A stretch of DNA of 64,000 bases from a virus (lineage: Duplodnaviria > Heunggongvirae > Uroviricota > Caudoviricetes): the IMG/VR virus record IMGVR_UViG_3300032214_000615; one strand, given 5' to 3'. Position numbers and translations under genes: made by a program. Shown piece after piece: positions 1-10,010 of this stretch (position 1 is the stretch's first letter; the number at the start of each line of letters is the position of its first letter). The notes under the pieces are model-generated. The model did not search any database. It was not told where the DNA came from and saw nothing but the letters and a program-made list of their open reading frames with translations.

Positions 1-17
1 GTGATAACAATCGTTGG

Positions 18-3000
18 ATGTATTTGTTTAAGCAATCTACTAGCACGGTGTATGTGTATCACTTGAATTCTAATAATGTATATCAACTGGCGAATACTGC
101 TGTTATTGCTAACGCAACTGGATCAGTAATCGCTACTACCACTGATGGTCGTAAGCTAATAGCTGGTGCTCCAACGGAAGTAGTTAATGGGTTATCCGAG
201 GCTGGAGCAGTTTACATATATAGTAGAGCCGTACAGAGATTTATTTCCGACGGAACACAAACTGAATATTCGCTAGTTAACGGAGCTCCTAATAATATTG
301 CTGATGTTTATTTAAATGGAGTCTTGACTAGTGCTGTAACTGTGACTGATAACAAAATTAAATTAAACACACCCGCTCCTGCTGGTATAACAGTTTCTAT
401 AGAAACGGCAACTCTACAGCTAACACAAAGATTGGTCAGCACACAGCCAAAAATTGGAGCACGTTACGGGCACAGCATTGATACGAATCGTTGGGGGTCT
501 ACTGTAGTTGTTGGTTCTCCGTTTGACTTAAATACTGACGATATAGTTTCAAATATTGAAGGCAGCGTAGCTGTTTACATCAATGGTGCTCAGCGATACG
601 GAACAATAACACTAAATGATCCTGTTGTTAATAGCGGTGATTGGTTTTTAATAGATGGATATGTAGTAGCGTTTTCAGTCAATACTGAAAACGTCAACAC
701 CATTGCCGCGACAATCAACGATCAGACGCCCACCAACATTGTTGCCACTGCTAGCGACAATCAGATTGTCTTAACAGTGTTGGACAGTACCGCGGAAACA
801 CCATATGATATTATTGATATAGTTGCCAACTTGGGTCTACAGGAGCGTTTGCGATTAGAGCCCTATAGTTTGACTCAAACTATACTAAGTGTTAATCGCT
901 CACAAACTGCTGAGTTTGGATATGCGGTATCAATGAACGAGCGTGACGGATTGATAATTTCTGCTCCTAGAACCAATAAAGTCGGAAAAACTACTTTTGA
1001 TAAAGCTAATAGCTGTGTTGATGATTACACTACTTTTGATAATGGAGTAACTACCTTCGTTGAGAGCTTTGTCGGAGTTGGTATGGTCTATGCGTATGAG
1101 TATTTGCCTGCCTCTAACGAAAGTATTACTAATCCAGGCAAATACGTATTTGGACAATATATTGTAAGTGGAGATACCAATTATGGCTCTCAATCTAGAT
1201 TTGGACACAGCGTAAAGTATCATCAAAATATGATATTAGTCGGCGCCCCAAATTGGAGTAAAACTTTCGGAGGATTCGCAACTCTATTTACAAGTGGAGT
1301 GGACAATACTGATCCTTGTATACCGCGCAAGGTCACAACGTGGCACATTGATAAGAAACCGGTCAATCAAGTAAACATCAATAAGATTAATAATATCAAC
1401 ATATTCAATCGTTTAACAGATAAAACTTTAGACGTTCTGGACTATATAGACCCAGTACAGGGAAAAATGCTGGGAGCAGTTTCTGTTAACATAGATTTCA
1501 TTAGTTCCTATGATCCAGCTGGGTATGAGATAAATGATTTACAATGGGGACGCTCTCACGTTGGCACAGTGTGGTTAGACACTAATAATTTACGTATGTT
1601 AAATTACAATCAACAAGACGTAAATTACAATGCTAAGTATTGGGGAGTTGCTTTCCCCGGAAGTTCGGCCGACGTCTATACTTGGATAGAAAGCGCGGAC
1701 ACTCCTTTAAATTATACTGGCAGCGGATTCCCGGTAGCATACGATAAGTACGTTACATCGGCCGAGCTAAATGTGGCTTCCAACACTATAGTGGTTCGCT
1801 ATTACTTCTGGGTAAAAAATTACGATGCTATCCCTGAGGGTAAAACTCTTAGTCCACTGATTATTAGTCAATACGTATTGAATCCTCAAAGTAGTGGAAT
1901 CTCATACTTGGCTCCAATTACCACGAACATTGTTGCGCTATACAATAGCAATCAATACATCAACGATAGCACTAGTACTTTACATTTAGGTTATGGAAAT
2001 TCTATATACGATGATGGAAAGCACGTTTCTTGGAAGCTAGTTCGTAGCAACAGCGATGACTTTTTGCCTGGAATCCCAGACAAGAATAATGTTAATCCAG
2101 TCGGATTGTACTTAAAGTATTTGGACAGTTTTAGTGGAGCAGATTCCGCTGGAAATTTCGTTCCTGATATAAGATTACCAGCAATGGTAAAGTCTGGAGT
2201 CAGTTTCAGTCCGCGTCAAACAATGTTTATTGATAGAAATGTAGCGGTAAAGAACTTTATAAATTATGCTAATAATATTCTCATTCAGCATCCTGTTACT
2301 GAAACACGACCAAATTTAAGCTTTATCAACACAAATGTTACCAATACATACGACACTAGAAAATACTGGAAATATGTAAATTGGTGGGCTAGTGGTTACA
2401 ATGATCAAACCAAGGCCTTGATAGAAGTAAATCAATACGTTGATCTTATTAAGATTGGCGATTCGCAGCTAATAACTGGAATCAACGGATTAGTACTTGC
2501 TCTTAAAGATGGACTGATAGTAAAAGTAAAATCTAACTCTCAGGGACTAAGCGAGCATTATGTCTATAAGAATTCTCAATGGACTCGCATCGGGGTAGAG
2601 AATGGAACCATACAATTTTTGACTACATTATGGGAGCAAATTTATGGATGGGATACCGATTTGTGGGGAACTCAATGGGACGGAAATCCATCAAAAGAAG
2701 TTTACTGGATTATACGTTGGATAAATGAGGTTCTTTACACTGATGATCTGCTAGCGGAAAGAAATAATAGCTTGATGCTGATGTTTAATTACTCACAAAG
2801 CGAGATACTAAATGAGAAAAATTACAATCAGTGGTTAATGAAGACTAGTATGATTGACGTTAATCATACTATTAGAAAGCTATCTCCGTATAAAAAGTAT
2901 CAACGCGACAACACTGAATTCTTAAGTGGGTACTTAAACGAAATTAAACCTTTCCACGTTTACATAAAAGACTTTGTGTATGCGTATGATGGTATTGACA

Positions 3001-4604
3001 CGGCTCGCACTGATGTTACCGATTTTGATTTACCGGCTCAGTACAATAATTCACAGCGTAAATTTATAACTCCACAGTTGAGGTACAGCGGTAACGTCAA
3101 CGTTGGCGAGTATATGCCAACTTCTAATATATGGAGCGACACTGATTACGTTAAATGGTTTGAAAATTATGGACTATCGCTTTCGGAGTCAGTTAAAGAG
3201 CCAATTAAAGTTGCTACACTAGCGGAAAAAGTATTAGATACTGCGACCGCCATTAGATTATCTACGGTGTATGGACTTCAAGCAGGTGATGTAATCATTA
3301 TTGATGATGAGCAGATTCAGGTTAATAACGTAGATAGAATCAGCAATCGTGTTACTGGATTAACTCGTGGGTATAACAGCACTGTTATTAGCGAACACAA
3401 GGCTAAGTCCAATGTGTTTGTTGCCCATAGGTCTTCTTTTGTATTGGATTCTGGACGTGGATACGATTCCACTGAGGAATTAATAAGCATTACTTCGGAC
3501 ACAGTGAATTATCCAAGTCCTAGACAAGAAATTGTTTTAAGTCCCGCAGTGGCTAACACTAGAATAACTTCGATTAATACGGTAAACAGTGGCGGTGGTT
3601 ATTCGGTAGCACCAGAAATTAAATTTCTGCCCAGCAATTTGTACAAAGAGTTTTCTGGTTCTAATGTAAATGCTACCACAAATACAATTACGATTAATAA
3701 TCACGGCTTTGAAACTGGCGATAGTGTAATTTACACAAACACTAGTACGATTAACTACGGCTTAAAACACAACTCTTATTATTATGTAAGAGCAATTAAC
3801 GCCAATACTATTGCTCTGTATCAAAATTACAAACACGCTGCTGATGGTGGAACACAATTTGAACAAAAGCAGGAGCTTGACGCAAGAAGAGTTAAGCTAA
3901 AGTCGTCATCGTCAACTGTGCTAACTCGTCTATCAATAATAGCAAGAGCGCAGTTTATGTACGAGAGCTATCCAATAAGAACAATCAAAACTACTATAGC
4001 ATTTGATAGAGTTTCCTATACCGCTCGTGACGATAATGGCTGGGACAATTCATACTATTACTGGGACGTACTTCCTTGGGACGGTGAAGAGGACAGTGAC
4101 ACAGCGGCCACAAGAATTAAAAAGTACTATACTCCTACTGTTAATATGCCAGGCAAAGATTTAAGACAACTAATGTCTGGCGTTATTTATCCTAATTCTA
4201 TACTAAGCGGTATCGATTTCGCTCCAGCGATTCCAGTAACTCCTGATATTGAGATTGAGAGTCCAGTGGACGAAACTGAAACTGATATTATCGTTGACGG
4301 TGGAGATTTCATTGACGGATACGGACCAGAAGAATTAGTTTCCGGATATGTCACTGATACAGTCAACATTACTGTTACTACTGACCCAACAAAAGAGCCA
4401 GGCGGTACAGGACCAACTTGGACTCATAGAATTTTTGTAAATTACGACGGAAAAGCAAGAGCTTATTCTAATAGTAATCAAAGATTAGCTTGGCAATATC
4501 TAAAGAGATGGTGGTATGGATCGGACGGGGGCAATCCCGCTAATGCTAATACTACACTAACCGCAGATGTAACTAATACTGCTGCCACATTCTTAAAAAG
4601 CTAG
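18..4604 (+). CDS. Giant virion protein (1528 aa, probably 5'-truncated by the window edge) with an N-terminal FG-GAP/integrin-alpha-like beta-propeller; candidate tail fiber or receptor-binding protein
   Basis: Uninterrupted ORF from the window edge, with no in-frame stop upstream of the first Met. Repeated FG-GAP signatures: LIAGAPTEVVNGLSEAGAVYIYS, RYGHSIDTNRWGSTVVVGSPFD, FGYAVSMNERDGLIISAPRT, SRFGHSVKYHQNMILVGAPNW. Asn/Thr/Ser-rich like fiber proteins. Confidence 0.6.
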   Translation: MYLFKQSTSTVYVYHLNSNNVYQLANTAVIANATGSVIATTTDGRKLIAGAPTEVVNGLSEAGAVYIYSRAVQRFISDGTQTEYSLVNGAPNNIADVYLNGVLTSAVTVTDNKIKLNTPAPAGITVSIETATLQLTQRLVSTQPKIGARYGHSIDTNRWGSTVVVGSPFDLNTDDIVSNIEGSVAVYINGAQRYGTITLNDPVVNSGDWFLIDGYVVAFSVNTENVNTIAATINDQTPTNIVATASDNQIVLTVLDSTAETPYDIIDIVANLGLQERLRLEPYSLTQTILSVNRSQTAEFGYAVSMNERDGLIISAPRTNKVGKTTFDKANSCVDDYTTFDNGVTTFVESFVGVGMVYAYEYLPASNESITNPGKYVFGQYIVSGDTNYGSQSRFGHSVKYHQNMILVGAPNWSKTFGGFATLFTSGVDNTDPCIPRKVTTWHIDKKPVNQVNINKINNINIFNRLTDKTLDVLDYIDPVQGKMLGAVSVNIDFISSYDPAGYEINDLQWGRSHVGTVWLDTNNLRMLNYNQQDVNYNAKYWGVAFPGSSADVYTWIESADTPLNYTGSGFPVAYDKYVTSAELNVASNTIVVRYYFWVKNYDAIPEGKTLSPLIISQYVLNPQSSGISYLAPITTNIVALYNSNQYINDSTSTLHLGYGNSIYDDGKHVSWKLVRSNSDDFLPGIPDKNNVNPVGLYLKYLDSFSGADSAGNFVPDIRLPAMVKSGVSFSPRQTMFIDRNVAVKNFINYANNILIQHPVTETRPNLSFINTNVTNTYDTRKYWKYVNWWASGYNDQTKALIEVNQYVDLIKIGDSQLITGINGLVLALKDGLIVKVKSNSQGLSEHYVYKNSQWTRIGVENGTIQFLTTLWEQIYGWDTDLWGTQWDGNPSKEVYWIIRWINEVLYTDDLLAERNNSLMLMFNYSQSEILNEKNYNQWLMKTSMIDVNHTIRKLSPYKKYQRDNTEFLSGYLNEIKPFHVYIKDFVYAYDGIDTARTDVTDFDLPAQYNNSQRKFITPQLRYSGNVNVGEYMPTSNIWSDTDYVKWFENYGLSLSESVKEPIKVATLAEKVLDTATAIRLSTVYGLQAGDVIIIDDEQIQVNNVDRISNRVTGLTRGYNSTVISEHKAKSNVFVAHRSSFVLDSGRGYDSTEELISITSDTVNYPSPRQEIVLSPAVANTRITSINTVNSGGGYSVAPEIKFLPSNLYKEFSGSNVNATTNTITINNHGFETGDSVIYTNTSTINYGLKHNSYYYVRAINANTIALYQNYKHAADGGTQFEQKQELDARRVKLKSSSSTVLTRLSIIARAQFMYESYPIRTIKTTIAFDRVSYTARDDNGWDNSYYYWDVLPWDGEEDSDTAATRIKKYYTPTVNMPGKDLRQLMSGVIYPNSILSGIDFAPAIPVTPDIEIESPVDETETDIIVDGGDFIDGYGPEELVSGYVTDTVNITVTTDPTKEPGGTGPTWTHRIFVNYDGKARAYSNSNQRLAWQYLKRWWYGSDGGNPANANTTLTADVTNTAATFLKS

Positions 4605-4765
4605 TAATACTAATAGGCATAAATAATTTATATGAGCACACAACCAGTTAACCCCCAACCACTCCCACCAACGACAAAAGAGCATTCCGAGTTTCAGTTG
4701 TCGAGTTTTATTAAAATTACTGATCCAAAAACTGGGCAGGTGTTGGTACAAAAACGATGTGAATA

Positions 4766-5395
4766 ATGGAACAGAATATGAGCAATATTATTGGTTTAGA
4801 CGTTACGGGATCATTAAAAATATATGATCCCAAGAATGGTCAAGTTTTTGTGGACAAGAAAAATGCCATACATTACGAAAATATGTCCTATGCTATGGCA
4901 CTTACTTTAAGTAATCGTGGAACAGGAACTATCTATCAAATGGCATTTGGAAATGGTGGGGCCAGCGTTGATGCTACTGGAATTATTACCTATTTGCCCC
5001 CTAATGCGTCTGGGCAAAATGCCGCGCTTTACAATCAAACATACGCAAAGATAGTAGATGATACGCTGATATCTAATTTTTCTCCACTGTCTAATAAGAT
5101 GATCGTCAATCATACTACCGGCAAGATTTATACTGATGTATTGATTCAGTGTTTGTTGGATTACGAAGAGCCCTCTGGACAGGCAGCGTTTGATAACGGC
5201 ACAAACACCAATAGTGATTATGTTTTTGACGAGATAGGACTTTTGGCTAACAACGGAATAGATGCTGACGGTAACGTAACCACGAAACTACTTACTCACG
5301 TTATCTTTCACCCAATACAGAAATCACTGAACAGACAAATTCAAATTGATTACACTATCAGAATTCAAACACTGACCAATATGTTAACAATTTGA
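4766..5395 (+). CDS. Hypothetical virion-associated protein
   Basis: 209 aa ORF between structural genes, same strand, Gly/Asn/Thr-rich composition like its neighbours. Confidence 0.45.
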   Translation: MEQNMSNIIGLDVTGSLKIYDPKNGQVFVDKKNAIHYENMSYAMALTLSNRGTGTIYQMAFGNGGASVDATGIITYLPPNASGQNAALYNQTYAKIVDDTLISNFSPLSNKMIVNHTTGKIYTDVLIQCLLDYEEPSGQAAFDNGTNTNSDYVFDEIGLLANNGIDADGNVTTKLLTHVIFHPIQKSLNRQIQIDYTIRIQTLTNMLTI

Positions 5396-5407
5396 ATACA
5401 TAAATAC

Positions 5408-5415
5408 TATAAATA
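5408..5415 (+). promoter_or_regulatory. T4-late-promoter-like TATAAATA box 22 nt upstream of a structural gene
   Basis: Exact TATAAATA followed by a GAGG RBS and the ATG at 5438. Confidence 0.4.
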
Positions 5416-5437
5416 GTTTAATACGAGGTTATTTAAG

Positions 5438-6334
5438 ATGCCATACAACATACAGCTAGTCAACACCAGTATAACGGTAAATGATGGATCATTGAACGGG
5501 TCAACTGGATTACAATTGCCAGGTAGAAATTTCGCTGGTTATGGACAGCCAATTAATCAGAGCTTGGTAGATTTACTACAGCATTTTGCTAGACTTCCAT
5601 CTACCGATCAGGGTCCTGATACAGCAGTCGTGGGGCAAATTTGGTTTGATAAGGGCGATCCAACTGCCACCCCTCCTCGTCCGGAATCATTAAAAGTAAA
5701 AACAGCCGCTTCTGCCAATTATGGTTGGAAAAAAATAATTACCGAAGGCAGCACTTTTAATACTAGCGAAATCACTGCTACTACTATAAACAGTGACGAT
5801 ATCATAACCGATACATTGACTAGCAGACTAGTAACTGTTAGTGGCACTCTTACTACTACTAAAATTACTACTGGATCCGCTTCTACTGCCGGAACATTAA
5901 CAGGAGACTGGACACTAACCGACGGATCTAGATTAAATGCTACATATGCGGACTTGGCTGAGCGATTTGAGGCAGACTGCGAATATGATCCAGGCACAGT
6001 AGTTGAGTTAGGCGGAGAAAAAGAAATAACAGCGGTAAAAGAAGACTGTAGCGAAACTGTATTTGGAGTAATAAGCACTAATGCTGCCTATCTAATGAAC
6101 AGTGGCGCTGGAAATAACGCAACACACCCTGCTATAGCGATTGCCGGAAGAGTCCCTGTAAAAGTACGCGGGCAAATTCGCAAGGGTGATCGATTGGTGA
6201 GCGCTGGTAATGGAGTTGCTAGAGCCGCTCGCAAGGGAGAAGCTACAGCATTCAACACTATAGGACGATCTTTAGAAAACAAAAACACAGATGCGTATGG
6301 TAGCGTTCTAGCGACAGTTACTGCTAAAATGTAA
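5438..6334 (+). CDS. Tail-fiber-like structural protein
   Basis: 298 aa, Thr/Ser-rich, TATAAATA box upstream. The C-terminal block ATYADLAERFEADCEYDPGTVVELGG resembles a module I associate with phage tail-fiber C-termini; the similarity is from memory only. Confidence 0.4.
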   Translation: MPYNIQLVNTSITVNDGSLNGSTGLQLPGRNFAGYGQPINQSLVDLLQHFARLPSTDQGPDTAVVGQIWFDKGDPTATPPRPESLKVKTAASANYGWKKIITEGSTFNTSEITATTINSDDIITDTLTSRLVTVSGTLTTTKITTGSASTAGTLTGDWTLTDGSRLNATYADLAERFEADCEYDPGTVVELGGEKEITAVKEDCSETVFGVISTNAAYLMNSGAGNNATHPAIAIAGRVPVKVRGQIRKGDRLVSAGNGVARAARKGEATAFNTIGRSLENKNTDAYGSVLATVTAKM

Positions 6335-6347
6335 TATGGAATAAATT

Positions 6348-8663
6348 ATGGCTTACACAGTAGGACAAACAGTACAAGCTGCTGATTATAACGGATTCAG
6401 AACGAGCGTAAACACTGCTTGGAGCGTTGGTACTGGAAACGCTGGGTACGGCCAGCCAGAGTTTACACAAGTTAATGTCGGCGACTTGATCCAAGCTAGA
6501 GCATCAACCGTTACTCCTGGAAATCCAAATAGCAATGTGCCTCCAACCTGGAGTACTACTCCGGAATGGCGATCATTGGTTAACGCAATAAATTCTATGT
6601 CCAAGCATCAAGTTGGTGGAGCCGACATAGTAACTGCCAGCAGTTTTGCTGCTAGTAATAGTTTGCCAACTTCAGCAGCATCAATCACTGGTTTGATAGC
6701 GCATTCCTCTACCGTTAGCAACGGTATTACTGCCGTAACTGGTAATCAAAGATTAAATGCCGCCGCGCAGGGCACTACGTCTACGACTGTATTAACAAAT
6801 AACGCCGGCGCTTGGTCAGACAAATTAGTGTTTACATTTGAAGTAAATTTCTCAAATGTAAATCGTCTACGCTACTACTTTAATGCTGGTGGACAGATAA
6901 GTTTAAATATGAGTCACAGCGGTTCTGGTGATGCTAACTCTTTATTCTCAAACATAGCTTCAGAAGCGGGACAAATTTATTTAAGTAGCACAAACGCATT
7001 TCCACTTACAATAGCGGGTCAAACTTACGACGGAGTTACAAAAGTTGGAGGTGTGGTCAGTAGCAGAACTACTATTAACAACTTGGGATTCTATCAATTA
7101 ACCGGTACGCCAGTTCAAATATACAAACAAACCGGTAGTAGTCCATCTACACCATATACCAGTGATAGTGCTATAACTATAACTGCTGCTCATGATGGTG
7201 CTGGAAAGTTAATCTTTGTAGTTACTTGGGACTTAATACCGAATGGAGTCTCTGTCAGTAGCGGATCAATTACTAATTTAAGTTTGCTACCGCCAAGTAC
7301 TGCGAACATTGTTGACACATGGGGCACTCCTACTGTTACAACAAACGTTGAACTAACTCAAGCACCAAACTGTATTACACCGACTGTTGGATCAGTGTCA
7401 TCGAACGCATTTAAGGCTACAGTTGCCTATAATGGAACAATCACCGTTACAAATGCTACCGATGCTAGCATAACTAGTGGTCTGCCAAGTGGAATTACGT
7501 ATACGGGTGCTGCTAATGGAAATAATTATGTTCTGACTTTAACGGGAACTCCCACTACTGGAAATCAATCATACAATATTTTGGTGACTGCTACCAATAG
7601 TGGTCTTGGATGCGTTTCTGCCACATTACCGAGTCCGGTATCTGCTGGATCAGGAACAGTAGAAGAAACACTATGCGACACTCCAGTGTCATCAGCAGCG
7701 TTTGCCGCTAACTCATTTACAGCCAACGTTGCCTATGGACCAGTTACTTGGACTGTATCTAAGGCAACCTCTGCTACACTCAGTGGATTCCCAACTGGAA
7801 TTACAGTAACTGGGCAACAAGTAGGGGCCGACTATCAATTCACAGTTAGTGGTACGCCAGGCGTATCTACTGGTGGAAGTACGTGGACCGCATTAGTAAC
7901 CGCAACTAATAATTGTGGCGGCGGTAAGACACAATCAACACTAGCTTCCACTCAAGTGGGAACAGGAACCGTAGGCGCTCTAGCAAACTGCGTGGCTCCT
8001 ACGGTGGGAACAGTAAGCGCCAATTCGTTCCAAGTTGGCGTAAGTTACACAGGCACTATTACCGTACAAAACGCCACTAGTGCTACCATAACTGGTGGTC
8101 TGCCAAGTGGAATTACTTCCAACGCAGGCGCGGCATCTGGATCAAATTACGTATTTAATTTAAGTGGTACTCCGACAAGCTCCGGAGAAGCATACGACAT
8201 TCGTGTAAATGCTACTAACTCAGGAGCTACTTGTACTACTGTAACAGTAACAAATCAACAAGCTGGTTCTGGAACGGTTATAGCTCAAGCACAATGTGCT
8301 GCCCCAGTAATTGGAGCTATAACTCCAAATCTAGCAAGCCCGCCATCATTCAAGGTTGGACAAGCATACAGCGGTACAGTTACTATCACTAACACTACGT
8401 CCACTGGTCAAGGAAATATAGGAACTGTTATAGTACCGGGAGTTACGATAACAGCGGCCAATCTTGCTGGAACCACTCTAACATATACTATATCAGGCAC
8501 CCCGACTACTACTGGGCAATATGATATATCATTTACTGCTACGAATAATTGCGGAGGAGGCTCAGCACCAACCACTACTACTAGTAGCATCGGATTAATT
8601 ACTGTATCTGCTGCCGCCGCCTGTGCGAATCCAGTAATAGCGGCTAATATAATAGAAGTGTAG
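6348..8663 (+). CDS. Fiber/adhesin built from repeated Ig-like (He_PIG / 'putative Ig') domains
   Basis: 771 aa. Several about 90 aa repeats of the form C..PTVG.VS.N.F...V.Y.GTITV.NAT.A.ITGGLPSGIT.....G..Y.L.GTPT..G.Y.I.V.ATNSG..C. Thr/Gly/Ser-rich. Confidence 0.55.
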   Translation: MAYTVGQTVQAADYNGFRTSVNTAWSVGTGNAGYGQPEFTQVNVGDLIQARASTVTPGNPNSNVPPTWSTTPEWRSLVNAINSMSKHQVGGADIVTASSFAASNSLPTSAASITGLIAHSSTVSNGITAVTGNQRLNAAAQGTTSTTVLTNNAGAWSDKLVFTFEVNFSNVNRLRYYFNAGGQISLNMSHSGSGDANSLFSNIASEAGQIYLSSTNAFPLTIAGQTYDGVTKVGGVVSSRTTINNLGFYQLTGTPVQIYKQTGSSPSTPYTSDSAITITAAHDGAGKLIFVVTWDLIPNGVSVSSGSITNLSLLPPSTANIVDTWGTPTVTTNVELTQAPNCITPTVGSVSSNAFKATVAYNGTITVTNATDASITSGLPSGITYTGAANGNNYVLTLTGTPTTGNQSYNILVTATNSGLGCVSATLPSPVSAGSGTVEETLCDTPVSSAAFAANSFTANVAYGPVTWTVSKATSATLSGFPTGITVTGQQVGADYQFTVSGTPGVSTGGSTWTALVTATNNCGGGKTQSTLASTQVGTGTVGALANCVAPTVGTVSANSFQVGVSYTGTITVQNATSATITGGLPSGITSNAGAASGSNYVFNLSGTPTSSGEAYDIRVNATNSGATCTTVTVTNQQAGSGTVIAQAQCAAPVIGAITPNLASPPSFKVGQAYSGTVTITNTTSTGQGNIGTVIVPGVTITAANLAGTTLTYTISGTPTTTGQYDISFTATNNCGGGSAPTTTTSSIGLITVSAAAACANPVIAANIIEV

Positions 8664-8681
8664 TATTATCAGGAATAATTT

Positions 8682-10004
8682 ATGCCATTAGTAGTAGGAC
8701 AATCATATTCTTCTTATATAGAAATAACTGGAGCAACAAGTGCCACTGTTACTAGTGGATCACTTCCCACAGGAATAACTGGCTCTCTCAATACAGGTAC
8801 CGGACGATATAATTTGTCTGGTACACCAACTGCGGCTGGTATTTATGATTTTACCATCACTGCGACTAATGAATGTGGCACCGGTGGAGCTACTGGGTCC
8901 GCTGCTATCCCCTTCACTTTAACTGTGGGCGATTTTTCTCCGCAAACTGCGCTAACTTTTTATCATACCAACACTCTCTCACTTATGGCGCGGGACCTTA
9001 ATAATCAACAGCCATTTTCTACCCGATATTTAGTAGCATCTACGTACAATTATAATGAGTGGCAAACGCAAGCAAATCAGCCATTTAATCCACTTGTTTC
9101 TGGAATATCACCGTCGGCTTTTGGATCAATTGGTGGTTCTGTGTCTACCACTGTTCTTTCTATAGGAGTCGGAATAGATGATTACGATAACAGTCCACAA
9201 GGCAATATCAAAGATTGGACTAATTTGGTGTGGGAAGGAAGTGATAGCTATTCATTCCCAAATCAAATAGTCGGAAACACTGCTCAGGAATACGGGGGCG
9301 GAGCAGGAGTGTGGAATATACAAGAGGGTCTATCAACATTTAACGGCAATACAACTGTAACTATAGCAAATGGATTGGCCGGCAGTGGAGGAATAGATCG
9401 TGCTACTATAGCACACTGTGCCTTTATTCCTGGTAACTGGAGAGCAACTACCGTGTACTCTCCCCCAGCAGCCACTCTTGTTAGCGGAAATGGAGGGTAT
9501 CCAGTATCAAGTGCTCTTGGATTGACCACTAGTGTTTCCGAAATAGCAGAATACACTGTTACGGTTCCAGCCTTTTCTTTTATTCTCGTGGCAGCCTCAA
9601 CCGCAATCTATTACTACACATTAAATGACGATACTAATCTCAAGTATCATCAATTTTTTGATATACCAGCTGGATGTGTGACCTCATATGAAAGAGTTTT
9701 TGATGATGGCGGATATAACTCTGCCCTATCGACGATAATATGTAATTTAACTGCTAGTCAAAAGACTGTAAAAGTTAAATTGCCATCAACTATTAGTTAT
9801 AACGACGTTGATTTTGAAGGAAACCCGACCACTGGAACCGTGAGTCAAACACTAGGAAAGCAATGCGGCATATTTGTTTTTGAACCTATGACTCAGTTTA
9901 ATACAGTAATTTCCAAACCGACTTCTGCTCCAACTTGGCCTGGAGGCGGTGGTGGAGGCGGAGGCGGAGGTGGAGGAATCACTTACCCAGTATCTAATCA
10001 GTAA
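8682..10004 (+). CDS. Fiber protein paralog with N-terminal Ig-like module and C-terminal poly-Gly tract
   Basis: N-terminal MPLVVGQSYSSYIEITGATSATVTSGSLPTGITG...LSGTPTAAGIYDFTITATNECGTGG is shared with the next gene. Ends ...WPGGGGGGGGGGGGITYPVSNQ. Confidence 0.55.
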   Translation: MPLVVGQSYSSYIEITGATSATVTSGSLPTGITGSLNTGTGRYNLSGTPTAAGIYDFTITATNECGTGGATGSAAIPFTLTVGDFSPQTALTFYHTNTLSLMARDLNNQQPFSTRYLVASTYNYNEWQTQANQPFNPLVSGISPSAFGSIGGSVSTTVLSIGVGIDDYDNSPQGNIKDWTNLVWEGSDSYSFPNQIVGNTAQEYGGGAGVWNIQEGLSTFNGNTTVTIANGLAGSGGIDRATIAHCAFIPGNWRATTVYSPPAATLVSGNGGYPVSSALGLTTSVSEIAEYTVTVPAFSFILVAASTAIYYYTLNDDTNLKYHQFFDIPAGCVTSYERVFDDGGYNSALSTIICNLTASQKTVKVKLPSTISYNDVDFEGNPTTGTVSQTLGKQCGIFVFEPMTQFNTVISKPTSAPTWPGGGGGGGGGGGGITYPVSNQ

Positions 10005-10010
10005 CACATT

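Noticed and set aside
930-1226. Minus-strand ORFs embedded in long plus-strand genes (930-1226, 3317-3502, 4187-4369, 5719-6078, 6088-6288, 9284-9556, 17196-17608 and others)
   Set aside because: They lie antisense inside strongly supported coding regions and have no RBS or conserved motifs. They are typical of chance ORFs in AT-poor frames.
9940-9990. Poly-Gly coding run (GGAGGCGGTGGTGGAGGCGGAGGCGGAGGTGGAGGA) as a possible slippery or frameshift site
   Set aside because: There is no heptanucleotide slippery motif, and no downstream continuation in another frame. The next gene has its own RBS and start.
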